The position numbers were made by a program, and so were the translations under genes. From assembly GCF_035084215.1 (NCBI RefSeq), contig NC_090330.1, forward strand, positions 12,648,001 to 12,712,000: 64,000 bases of DNA. The letters run 5' to 3'. Below are positions 52,290-63,100 of this stretch, piece after piece. The notes beneath the pieces were generated by a model. It was not told the DNA's origin, ran no database searches, and worked only from the letters and a program-made list of their open reading frames with translations. The stretch comes from Heptranchias perlo (taxonomy: Eukaryota). The number at the start of each line of letters is the position of its first letter. The stretch's first letter is position 1.

Positions 52290-52680
52290 TTTTTATCATT
52301 CATTCTCGGGATGTGGATGTTGTTGGCAAGGCCAGCATTTACTGCCCATCCCTAGTTGCCCTGAGAAGGTGGTGGTAGGCCTTCTTCTTGAACTGCTGGG
52401 TAGCAGTTTTGATACAAACTGAGTGGCTTGCTCGGTCACTTCAGATGGCAGTTAAGAGTCAACTGCATTGGTGTGGGACTGGAGTCACACATAGGCCAAA
52501 CTGGGTAAGGACGGCAGGTTTCCTTCCCTAAATGAACCAGTTTTTATGACAATCCGACAGCTTTTTATTTCAACTGAATTCAAATTCTCAAGCTGCCATG
52601 GTAGGATTTGAACTCACTTTCTCTGGATTATTAGTCCAAGGCCTCTGGATTACTGGCCCAGTAACATGACCATAGCTGCT
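52290..52680 (-). mobile_element. tRNA-headed SINE ending in the family X LINE 3' end
   Basis: Minus strand: GAGTTCAAATCCTACC B box, body similar to 26480-26690, tail GGGATGGGCAGTAAATGCTGGCCTTGCC..CACATCCC..GAATGAATG. Confidence 0.7.
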
Positions 52681-53237
52681 TGGGTATTAAGGACAAGGGC
52701 AAGGAACTGGAATTAGAGAAACAGCGCTGTTGTGCCACACTAACGGACTGGATTGTCCCAAGGGTCTCCATTCATCCCTAAAGTTAGAAAGTGTACCGAA
52801 GGTTTTAGTGACTGAATCAACGCAGGCGGGGATGATGTACTCTTCCAATGTACAGAAGGCGGTAGGTTATCAGTGTGTGGCTTCATAAGAATTTTGTGAC
52901 CCATTTCATTTAAAATAAACAGTGGTTTGCTGCCCAGATTAATAATCACCGTGTGTGTATCAAGTTTTGGGAATCTGGAATTCTCTCTCCCCAAAAGGGT
53001 GTGGATGATGCTGGGGATCGATTAAAATTTTCAAGACTAAAAAAGAAAGACTTGTATTTATATAGCACCTTTCATGACTTCAGGACATCCCAAAGTGTTT
53101 TATAGCTAATTAAGCTACCAACTAAGCCACAGCTGACACTGAGATTAAAGATTTTTGTTGGGTAAGGGTACCAAGGGATAGGGAGCAAAGTTGGGTAAAT
53201 GGATTTGAGGTACGGCTCAGCCATGATCTATTGAATA

Positions 53238-53402
53238 GTGGAACAGGTCGAGGAGCTGAATTTCTTCTCTTCTAATGTAACAGACTCAATGGGCTGAATG
53301 GCCTCCTCCTGTTCTATGTAACAGGCTCGAGGGGCTGAATGGACTACTCCTGTTCCTATGTAACAGGCTCGAGGTGTTGAATGGCCTCCTCCTGTTCCTA
53401 TC
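53238..53402 (+). repeat. ~42-bp tandem repeat (3-4 copies) of the CR1 3'-terminal stem-loop
   Basis: Unit AACAGGCTCGAGGGGCTGAATGGCCTCCTCCTGTTCCTATGT, following a CR1 3' UTR. Confidence 0.8.
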
Positions 53403-53494
53403 TATCCAAATTGAATAATGGTTCAACACCAGTAATTACCCCTTTAAGTGGACGCAGTGGGACAACAAAGAGTTGATAGGGGAGATAATCATCT

Positions 53495-53600
53495 GATATG
53501 CGGTTGCCTGTGGATTTTCCCTTTCGGTGTTTCACTTGAGTGACAACTAACACTTATGAGTCAGAATTAGGAACGCCTGGAAAGAGGAAGTAAATTAACA
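53495..53600 (+). promoter_or_regulatory. Myeloid-type proximal promoter of MPEG1
   Basis: RUNX TGCGGTT 53499-53505, kB-like TGGATTTTCCC 53511-53521, IRF-like TTTCACTT 53530-53537, AP-1 TGAGTCA 53557-53563, PU.1 AAAGAGGAAGT 53581-53591. Confidence 0.65.
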
Positions 53601-53667
53601 GCAGAAGATCACTAGCCAAGAGCATTTGGTCGGATGAGGAGCTGAGAGAGAGGACTAGTCTTTAAGG

Positions 53668-55851
53668 ATGTGTCTGGTCTTGGCCAATGCGTTCCTTTGG
53701 ATTCTGACAGTGGGGACAGTTGATGCGGGGCTTCAAGTGCCAAGTGAGGATGGTCTGACCGAATGTAGGAAGATTCAGAACTTGATTGCCCTTGAAGTTC
53801 TGCCTGGAGGAGGCTGGGACAATCTGAGAAATTTGGACCGGGGGCGAGTGATGAACATCAGCTACTCGCAGTGTAAAACCACCAAGGACGGTATGTACTT
53901 CATTCCAGACCAGGTCTACGTGGTGCCCCAGAAGCAGACCAGCATCGATATCGTGTCGGAGATGATCGAGAGCTGGCTGACCTACAAAAGCTCCACCAGC
54001 GCCTCGGTCAACGCTGAGGTGTCCTTCCTCTCCTTCTTGAACGGGAAGTTCTCCTGGGACAGCGAGAGGGTCAAAACTCACCAGGTGCATGACCGTAGCG
54101 TGACCACCAGAATCCAGGTGAGGAACGTCATGTACGAGATCATGTCATTGCCCAATTTCCAACTGGACGAGGGCTTCAAGAAGCGGCTGATTGAGATAGC
54201 CAACTACATCGAGAACAACCAGACAAGAGCTGCCAATTACTACTCCGAGTTGCTTGTTCGTAACTATGGGACCCACTTGTTGACTGGTGTCCATGCCGGG
54301 GCCAACCTGCTGCAGGAAGACCAGGTGCGATCGATCTTTGTGTCAGACAGCTGGAGTCGGAAATCCTCCATCACTACCTCGGCTGGAGTCACCTTCTTCC
54401 ACACAGTAAACGTAGGACTCGGCAGTCGAACCGAAACCATGGACGAGTTCACCAGGCTGTATATCGGGAACAGGTCCCACTCCAGGATCGAGAACAACGG
54501 CGGGCTCCCCTTTTATCCCGGGATCACCCTGCAGAAGTGGCAGCAGGAGATCTTCAACCAGCTGGTGGCCATTGACAGATCAGGTCAGCCTTTGAGTTTC
54601 TTTGTCAGCCCGGAGACCGTCCCTGAGCTCCCGGAGCCCACGGTCAAGAAGGTCTCCCAGACCATCGAGCGAGCCATCAACCTCTACTACACCGTCAACA
54701 CCCACCCGGGCTGCTTGGATCTCCAGTCCCCCAACTTCAACTTCAAGGCCAACATCGACGACGGGTCTTGCAAGGAAATGGGCACCAATTTCACCTTCGG
54801 CGGCCTTTACCAGGAATGTTCCATGCTTTCAGGGGCAAACGCCCAGCCCCTATGCCAAGCCCTGGAGCAGAGGAACCCCCTGACAGGGTCATTCAGTTGC
54901 CCCTCCGAGTACAAGGCCATTCTCCTGCATACGGGAGTGAAGGAGGAAGCTTACAGCCAGTACGAGTGTCACCGGAGCTGCCATTCCTGTTGGCTCATCT
55001 TCAGCTGCTGCCATGACGTGTGCGGAGACGTGTATCATGTGCGCAGAGCCCAGTTCAAGGCATACTGGTGCGCAGCTATGGGCTCGGTGCACCAGTCCTC
55101 GGGCTACCTCTTCGGCGGCCTCTACAGCGCCAGCGTCGGGAACCCACTGACCCAGACCCGCTCGTGCCCTCCATCCTTCTATCCGCTGGGCCTCTTCCGA
55201 GACCTGAAGGTCTGCGTGAGCGACGACTATGAGATGGGGTTCCGCTACTCCACGCCTTTTGGCGGCTTCTTCAGCTGTGAGGTGGGCAACCCCCTGGTCG
55301 ATCATCCCGGCGTCCAAGGCCCAGGGGGGCTGCAGAGCTTCATGCAGAAGCAGCCGAGCCCCTACCCCAAGAGGTGCCCCAAGGGCTACAGCCAACACCA
55401 AGCTGTCATCAGCGATGGGTGTCAGATACTCTATTGTGTGAAATCCGGCACCTTTGATGGAGTTCAACTGGCCCCCATCAATCTGCCCCCATTCACACGG
55501 GCCCCTCTTCTGACCAAGGGTTCCATCAGCACAGTGGCTGTCCTGTCTGAGTACCAACAGCCTTGGGTCAAGGACACCAAGACCCAAATGTGGAGAATGG
55601 CCCAAGAGTCAGAAATCCGTCAATTATTTAGCGAGACCTCATCCTTGTCCGGAGGGGCCACGGCTGGCATCTCCATCACCGTCACCCTGATCTTGGCGGG
55701 TTTGATCGCCCTCGCTTTCTACGGTACGAAGCGTTGGAGAAACCGGAGCTACCAAATCCTGGAGAGGTACTCGGTGCATTCCAACTACGGCACGGCAGAA
55801 CACCAGGACACAGCTGATTTGTGTCCGCCAACTCAGAATGGTGATGCCTGA
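53668..55851 (+). CDS. MPEG1: Macrophage-expressed gene 1 protein (perforin-2), intronless, 727 aa
   Basis: Signal peptide, LEVLPGGGWDNLRN, MACPF signature YGTH..G, AIDRSG.PL, Cys-rich P2 domain (NPLTG..SCP, FGGFFSC..GNP), TM helix, YQIL tail motif. Confidence 0.97.
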   Translation: MCLVLANAFLWILTVGTVDAGLQVPSEDGLTECRKIQNLIALEVLPGGGWDNLRNLDRGRVMNISYSQCKTTKDGMYFIPDQVYVVPQKQTSIDIVSEMIESWLTYKSSTSASVNAEVSFLSFLNGKFSWDSERVKTHQVHDRSVTTRIQVRNVMYEIMSLPNFQLDEGFKKRLIEIANYIENNQTRAANYYSELLVRNYGTHLLTGVHAGANLLQEDQVRSIFVSDSWSRKSSITTSAGVTFFHTVNVGLGSRTETMDEFTRLYIGNRSHSRIENNGGLPFYPGITLQKWQQEIFNQLVAIDRSGQPLSFFVSPETVPELPEPTVKKVSQTIERAINLYYTVNTHPGCLDLQSPNFNFKANIDDGSCKEMGTNFTFGGLYQECSMLSGANAQPLCQALEQRNPLTGSFSCPSEYKAILLHTGVKEEAYSQYECHRSCHSCWLIFSCCHDVCGDVYHVRRAQFKAYWCAAMGSVHQSSGYLFGGLYSASVGNPLTQTRSCPPSFYPLGLFRDLKVCVSDDYEMGFRYSTPFGGFFSCEVGNPLVDHPGVQGPGGLQSFMQKQPSPYPKRCPKGYSQHQAVISDGCQILYCVKSGTFDGVQLAPINLPPFTRAPLLTKGSISTVAVLSEYQQPWVKDTKTQMWRMAQESEIRQLFSETSSLSGGATAGISITVTLILAGLIALAFYGTKRWRNRSYQILERYSVHSNYGTAEHQDTADLCPPTQNGDA

Positions 55852-56010
55852 TTGGACATGACATTCCGTTGGGTTGGGGGTTGGGGGTTGGGGGGGGCGT
55901 TGAATCCTTAACTACAACTCATTAAACCAGGACAAGGACTAGAAGGCAAACATTCCATTATTCAGTCATGGGTTAGATTGACAAAAAAAAATCACTGAGT
56001 GGGATAGTTG

Positions 56011-56400
56011 AATGAGCAGGAGATTGGGATTAGACTGAGTGGGACGTTAAAGGGTATGAGGAGAGAGTAGGAGAGTGGGATTAGACTGGGTGGGACATTA
56101 AAGGGTATGGGGAGTGAGCGGGAGAGTGGGATTAGCCTGGGTGGGATATTAAAGGGTATGGGGAGAGGGTAGGAGAGTGGGATTAGACAGGGTGGGATAT
56201 TAAATGGTATGGGGAGTGAGCTGGAGAGTGGGATTAGACTCGATGGTACATTAAAGGGTATGGGGAGTGAGCGGGAGAGTGGGATTAGCCTGGGTGGGAT
56301 ATTAAAGGGTATGGGGAGAGGGTAGGAGAGTGGGATTAGACTGGGTGGGACATTAAAGGGTATGGGGAGTGAGCAGGAGAATGGGATTAGATTAGGTGGG
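56011..56400 (+). repeat. 51-bp G-rich minisatellite, ~7.5 copies
   Basis: GGGATTAG recurs at 56026, 56077, 56128, 56179, 56230, 56281, 56332 and 56383. Confidence 0.92.
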
Positions 56401-56869
56401 GCTATGTTGAGTTAAACACCAGCACAGACTTGATCGGCTGACTCATTTGTTTTTGTCTGAAAACATTCTTGTTCGAATTGAACTTCCTCAATTTCCATAA
56501 TCTCTGCTGTTTTTTTGATCCTCTCAGTGTTATTTTTTGTTTTACCCCTTTGAACCGAGCGAGGCATTTTGGTAAAGAATCACCCTGATTTGATGTTGTG
56601 AATCTTCCCTTGAATGAACTTGCGAATCGGATGACTGGGAAATGAGATGTAATTTTATTAACTGCGGTAACCCCTCTATATTAGGTGCTGGAAACTTGGA
56701 GCAAAGTTAGATGTGTAACTTACTAATGCATAAACTACTAATGTATAAACTACTAATGTAACCTCGAGAGAGAGAGAGAGAAAACAATGAAACTTTGAAA
56801 CACAATTCAGGTGTATTTGCTAAATAAAATTGAGCTGAATTCATTCCCGATTTTTGCAGTGTGTTACAA

Positions 56870-57115
56870 TAACAATTTTCATTTAAAGTAGTAAAATGTC
56901 TCAAGGCGTTTAATGGAGCATTATCAGACAATATTTGACACCGAGCCACATAAGGAGATCTTAGGACAGGTGATCAAACACTTGGTCAAAGAGGTATTTT
57001 TTAAGGAGGGTCTTAAAGGAGGAGAAATAGGTGGAGAGGCGGGGAGGTTTAAGGAGGGAATTCCAGAGTTTACGGGCTAGTCAGTTGAAGGCACAGCCGC
57101 CAATAGTGGGGTGAA
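56870..57115 (-). mobile_element. L2 LINE 3' fragment
   Basis: Matches 24380-24610. Confidence 0.7.
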
Positions 57116-57209
57116 GGTAGTTGGTTTTACCCTTAAAAGGGAACAAGAAGCAAAACAGCGCAGATGATGGAAATGTGAAAATAAAATCAGAGAATAGCTG
57201 GAAACACTA

Positions 57210-60015
57210 TGGGGGTAATTTTAACCCCCAACGACAGGCGGGAGAGGGTTGGGAGGGGGTTAAATCGGCAAATATGTGAAACCCAACCCTAACAAGCTGC
57301 TAATGCACCTACTTCCGATTTAACCGTGGCAGGATTGAGGGCGTCCAAGTAAACAGCTATGGAGAGGCGGCTCCGTCATTATAATATGTTAATGAGGCTC
57401 TGTTCCTCAGATTTTGGGAGCCATTTGAATTTAACGGGAAACCCGGCAGCTAAAGGAAGGTGGGAGATGCTGGATTCTGCAGGTAAGTGCTTTTTAGAGC
57501 GCCTTGTGGGCCAGAAGGGGCAGGAGTGCGTCCCCCAGCCCCCCAAGCAAATCTTCTTCTGCAATCGGCCAATCCCCCCCCCGCCGCCGTAATCTGTCTT
57601 CCCCCACGATCTGCCCACCTCCCCGCGATCTGCAGACCCTCGCGATCTGCCCATCTCCCCCACGATCTGCCTCCTTCCCCGCAATCTGCCTCCCTTCCCG
57701 CGATCATCCACCCTCCCCGCATCATCCACCCTCCCCGCGATCTGCCGACCACCCAACTATGCTCCGATCTGGCCCTCCCTCCCTACTCGTTACCATGCTC
57801 CGAGACTTCCCCCCACCACCCCACACCATGCCCCGATCCTTTCCGATTGCTGGGGACCGCCCTCAGCTGCGGCCTTCTACTGATGGCTTTCCCGATCAAG
57901 GCCAACCAGCCTCTCAATCTGGCCAGCTGCTGGGCAGGAAATGGAGTAAAAAAAACGCCAATGAGGTCCTGTGGCAATGGCGCGTTTGCGGCCAGGAATC
58001 CCGGAAATGCAGGGAACATGATAATCACCTGTGTTATCTTGACAGTTAGAACAGCCTCTAATTGTCATGTGTAACTGGACTGCAGAATCTTTCACACATT
58101 GCAGGGTATATTTTCCAACTATCAACAAAACATACGTGAAAATTCGAGGCTGTTATAATTGTCAACATAATACATGATAATTAGTGGCTGTTCTAACTGT
58201 CAGGATTTTTTTTTATTATTCATTCATGGGATGTGGGCGTTGCTGGCAAGGCCAGCATTTATTGCCCATCCCTAATTGCCCTTGAGAAGGTGGTGGTGAG
58301 CCGCCTTCTTGAACCGCTGCAGTCCGTGTGGTGAAGGTTCTCCCACAGTGCTGTTAGGAAGGGAGTTCCAGGATTTTGACCCAGCGACGATGAAGGAACG
58401 GCGATATATTTCCAAGTCGGGATGGTGTGTGACTTGGAGGGGAATGTGCAGGTGGTGGAGTTCCCATGTGCCTGCTGCTCTTGTCCTTCTAGGTGGTAGA
58501 GGTCGCGGGTTTGGAAGGTGCTGTCGAAGAAGCCTTGGCGAGTTGCTGCTGTGCATCCTATGGATGGTACACACTGCAGCCACAGTGCGCCAGTGGTGAA
58601 GGGAGTGAATGTTTAGGGTGGTGGATGGGGTGCCAATCAAACAGGCTGTTTTGTCCTGGATGGTGTCAAGCTTCTTGAGTGTTGTTGGAGCTGCACTCAT
58701 CCAGGCAAGTGGAGAGTATTCCATCACACTCCTGACTTGTGCCTTATAGATGGTGGAAGGGCTTTGGGGAGTCAGGAGGTGAGTCACTCGCGGCAGAATA
58801 CCTAGTCTCTGACCTGCTCTTGTAGCCACAGTATTTATATGGCTGGTCCAGTTAAGTTTCTGGTCAATGGTGACCCCCAGGATGTTGATGGTGGGGGATT
58901 CGGTGATGGTAATGCCATTGAATGTCAAGGGGAGGTGGTTAGACTCTCTTTTGTTGGAGATGGTCATTGCCTGGCACTTATCTGGCGTGAATGTTACTTG
59001 CCACTTATCAGCCCAAGTCTGGATGTTGTCCAGGTCTTGCTGCATGCGGGTTCGGACTGCTTCATTATTTGAGGGGTTTCGAATGGAACTGAACACTGTG
59101 CAATCATCAGCGAACATCCCCATTTCTGACCTGATGATGGAGGGAAGGTCATTGATGAAGCAGCTGAAGATGGTTGGGCCTTGGACACTGCCCTGAGGAA
59201 CTCCTGCAGCAATGTCCTGGGGCTGAGATGATTGGCCTCCAACAACCACTACCATTTTCCTTTGTGCTAGGTATCACTCCAGCCACTGGAGAGTTTTTCT
59301 CCTGATTCCCATTGACTTCAATTTTACTAGGGCTCCTTGGTGCCACACTCGGTCAAATGCCGCCTTGATGTCAAGGGCAGTCACTCTCACCTCACCTCTG
59401 GAATTCAGTTCTTTTGTCCATGTTTGGACCAAGGCTGTAATGAGATCTAGAGCCGAGTGGACTTGGCGGAACCCAAACTGAGCATCGGTGAGCAGGTTAT
59501 TGGTAAGTGCCGCTTGATAGCACTGTCGACGACACCTTCCATCACTTTGCTGATGATTGAGAGTAGACTGATGGGGCGATAATTGGCCGCATTGGATTTG
59601 TCCTGCTTTTTGTGGACAGGACATACCTGGGCAATTTTCCACATTGTCGGGTAGATGCCAGTGTTGTAGCTGTACTGGAACAGCTTGGCTAGAGGCGCAG
59701 CTAGTTCTGGAGCACAAGTCTTCAGTACTACAGCCGGGATGTTGTCAGGGCCCATAGCCTTTGCTGTATCCAGTGCACTCAGCCGTTTCTTGATATCACG
59801 TGGAGTGAATCGAATTGGCTGAAGACTGGCTTCTGTGATGGTGGGGATATCGGGAGGAGGCTGAGATGGATCATCCACTTCTGGCTGAAAATGGTTGCAA
59901 ACGCTTCAGCCTTGTCTAACACTGGTGATTATCATGTTCTCTGCATTTCCGGGATTCCCGGCCGCAAACATGCACCGACGCTCCCTCCCCACCTCCCGAT
60001 AAATATCAGGGCCTA
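57210..60015. mobile_element. GC-rich DNA-transposon-like element hosting a palindromic MITE (57981-59972) that hosts a LINE
   Basis: Begins GGGGGTAATTTTAACC and ends TAAATATCAGGGCC. Inner inverted repeats at 57981-58060 versus 58178-58204 plus 59917-59972. Confidence 0.5.
58205..59916 (-). mobile_element. Family X LINE, 5'-truncated
   Basis: ORFs 58272..59255, 59274..59717 and 59447..59878 carry RT motifs. PolyA at 58206-58215. Confidence 0.92.
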
Positions 60016-60144
60016 TGTTTCCCCACAGGTGATGTCTGATCTGTTCTGTTTCTTCCCAGTTTTTTTTATTACTACCTTAAATTTAATTCAGTGCACCAGC
60101 TTTGTGGCTCGGTGTTTGTCCGATTATATTTGCTACATACGATT

Positions 60145-60565
60145 TAGATCCACCTTAAACAGCCACTCTCTCTACCACCGGCGCATAGTGACTGCAGTGT
60201 GTATTATCTACAGGATGCACTGCAGCAAGTCGCCAAGGCTTCTTCGGCAGCACCTCCCAAACCTGCGACCATCATCACCACCTAGAAGGACAAGGACAGC
60301 AGGCGCATGGGAACACCATCACCTCCAAGTTCCCCTCCAAGTCACACGCCATACCATATGGACATATATCGCCATTCCTTCATTGTTGCCAGGTCAAAAT
60401 CCTGGAACTCTCTACCTAACAGCACTGTGGGAGTGCCTTCACCACATGGACTGCATTGATTCAAGAAGAAGGCTCACCACCATCTTCTCAAGGGCAAGTA
60501 GGGATGGGAAATAAATGCTGGCCTTGCCAGCGATGCCCACATCCCAATAATGAATCTCAAAAAAA
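60145..60565 (+). mobile_element. Family X LINE 3' fragment
   Basis: TLNSHSLYHRR..IYRMHCS..LRQHLP and the same 3' end as the other copies. Confidence 0.82.
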
Positions 60566-61439
60566 GTCTCCAGAGACCAGCTTGTAAAAGTTGGTTTCAG
60601 TTAAAAGTTATTTTCTTCTGTATCGATCCTCTGAATATTATTAACAGTCGTGTGCTGTTCCCAGTTATTCACTACCCACAGATTCAGCTGTGCCAATGGA
60701 TCATTTCTAACCTGTTATTGGACTGAAGAATCTTTCACACATTGCAGGGTATATTTTCCAACTATCAACAAAACATACGTGATGATAAGATGAAAATTCG
60801 AGGCTGTTGTAATTGTCAACATAATACACATGATAATTAGAGGCTGTTCTAACCGTCAAGATAACACTGGTGATTATCATATGACATTTCGAGGTTGTTG
60901 TCATCATAACATGTGATAATTAGAGGCTATTCTAACTGTCAACATAAAATAGATGATAATTAAAGGCTGTTTATTTCAAAATTATTTTAAAAAACTGAAC
61001 TCAAAACAGGATGAGGAAATATACCATCTCTCAGCTTAACGTTTATAGAACATAAAACAACAGGTGTGTAATCAGTACTCTGCCTTTTTTCTATCTTCCA
61101 CACTCTCAGACACATAAAAAAGCCCTCGGTTAAATAAAGACACAATGCGTCTGCGTTTTTTTAAAAACACACTCAAATAAATTTTGCCTGAATAAAGTTT
61201 TTGAAAATGATGCTCTTGCTTTTCTTTTGAAAAGTAACTGGGTGGAAACTGCTAGATGCTGAAGAAAAAATTCCAGCAGTTCAGCTGATCGAATGGTACT
61301 GATGCATTGTGGAAAATTGGTACACTTGTTCAAACAGTACTAATGGGAAATTAATCATACTACACATGCTTAGACTGCACAATCCAAATTCTGCCAACAA
61401 CATTGCAGTTCTGGGCATAAAAGAAACTTCAGCACATGA

Positions 61440-63100
61440 GTGACTCAGGTGAATTTTCTACTTTGAGTACTGCCAGTCTTTAAGTACTTCCTCTTTATCT
61501 ATTTTTATCCCTGATGTGGAGATGCCGGTGATGGACTGGGGTTGACAAATGTAAGGAATCTTACAACACCAGGTTATAGTCCAACTGTTTCATTTGAAAA
61601 TCACAAGCTTTCGGAGGCTTTCTCCTTCGTCAGGTGAGCGAGTCACACTCGCTCACCTGACGAAGGAGAAAGCCTCTGAAAGCTTGTGATTTTCAAATAA
61701 AACAGTTGGACTATAACCTGGTGTTGTAAGATTCCTTATATTTTTATCCCATCCAACATCGCTACTACCTCCTCCTTTACTGCTACAATGGCAGCACCCT
61801 CTTCTCTAGTGAAGATGAATGCGAAATATTCGTTTAGTGCCTCAGCCAGGCCCTCTGCCTCCACAAGAGGATCTCCTTTTTTGTCCCTAGTCGGTCCCTC
61901 CCTTCCTTTGACTAGCCTTTTACTATTTTTGGTTTACAAGAGACTTTTGGGTTCCTTTTTTTGTTAGCCACTAATCTATTCTCATACCCTCTCTTTGCCT
62001 CTCTTATTCACTTTTTTAGATCTCCTCTGTACTTTCTGTATTCAGCTTGGTTCTCTACTGTATTATGAACCTTATATTCGCCATAAGCCTCCTTTTTTTA
62101 GATCATTTTAATTTCTATATCTTTAGTCATCTAGAGAGCTCTAGCTTTGGATGCTCTTCATTTCGCCCACGTAGGAATGTGTCTACTCTGTACCCGAACC
62201 AACTCCTCCTTGAAGGCCTCCCATTACTTAGTTATTGTTTTGCCTACCAATTTTTGATTCCAATCCATCTGGGCTAGATCCCTTTTTAACTCACTGAAAT
62301 TAGCTCTCCTCCAGTTAAGTATTTTCACATTTGATTATTTTCCATAACTGTTCTAAACCCTAATGATATTATGATCACTGTTCCCCAAATGCCCACCCAC
62401 TGAAACATGCTCCACCTGCCCCACTTCATTCCCCAGAACTAGATCCAGCACTATTTCCTTCCTCGTTGGGTTGGAAACACACTGTTCCAGAAAGTTCTCT
62501 TGTATATATTTTAGGAATTCCTCCCCCTCTTTGCCCTTTACATTGTCACTGTCCCAGTCTATATTGGGAAAATTGAAGTCCCCCATTATCACCACTCTAT
62601 AGTTCTTGATCTTTCTGTAATTTGCCTGCAAATTTGCTCCTCCCCACTCTTTGCTGGCCTATAGTACACACCCAGTAGCATAATAGCCACTCTATTGTTC
62701 CTTAATTCTAACCAACTAATTTCTGCTTTTGATTCCTCAACTATTTCATTCTTTTCCAGTGCTATAATAGTTTCTTTGATCAATACTGCCACCTCCCCTT
62801 TTTCCTTCCCTATCTTTCCTGAATACCTTTCGCTCGGAATATTATGTACCCAATCCTCCCCTTCTTTGAGCCCGGTCTCTGTGATATCATAGTCCCATTT
62901 GGCAACTTGTGCCTGCAGCTCACCAAACTTATTTACGCACATGCATTCCAAACTCATCTTAGTCTGCTTCGCATTTGCCCCCTGTCTGATCCCTCCTATT
63001 TCTGAACTCTTCTTTAACCTAGTGTTATTTGTCTCTCCCAGTCCTCTGTGCACCTTGTTTCTCCTCTCTAATGTTTCATCCTGGTGCCCATCCTTTTGTC
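61440..63100 (-). mobile_element. CR1 LINE ORF2 N-terminal (APE endonuclease) fragment
   Basis: WLELRN..LGVYYRP, VVIMGDFNFPNIDW, PTRKE.VLDLVL, LGNSDH. Confidence 0.85.
61512..61738. mobile_element. Mini palindromic PLE family A insertion
   Basis: TSD TATTTTTATCCC at 61500-61511 and 61739-61750. Centre GAGCGAGT-CAC-ACTCGCTC. One hammerhead per strand. Confidence 0.92.

Noticed and set aside
53662-55864. Antisense and alternative-frame ORFs over MPEG1
   Set aside because: Shadows of a GC3-rich CDS.
56011-56400. CRISPR-like regular array
   Set aside because: Eukaryotic context; the units repeat over their whole length with no unique spacers.
57359-58128. Pro/Gly-rich ORFs (also 28006-28850)
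   Set aside because: They derive from low-complexity GC-rich repeat bodies.
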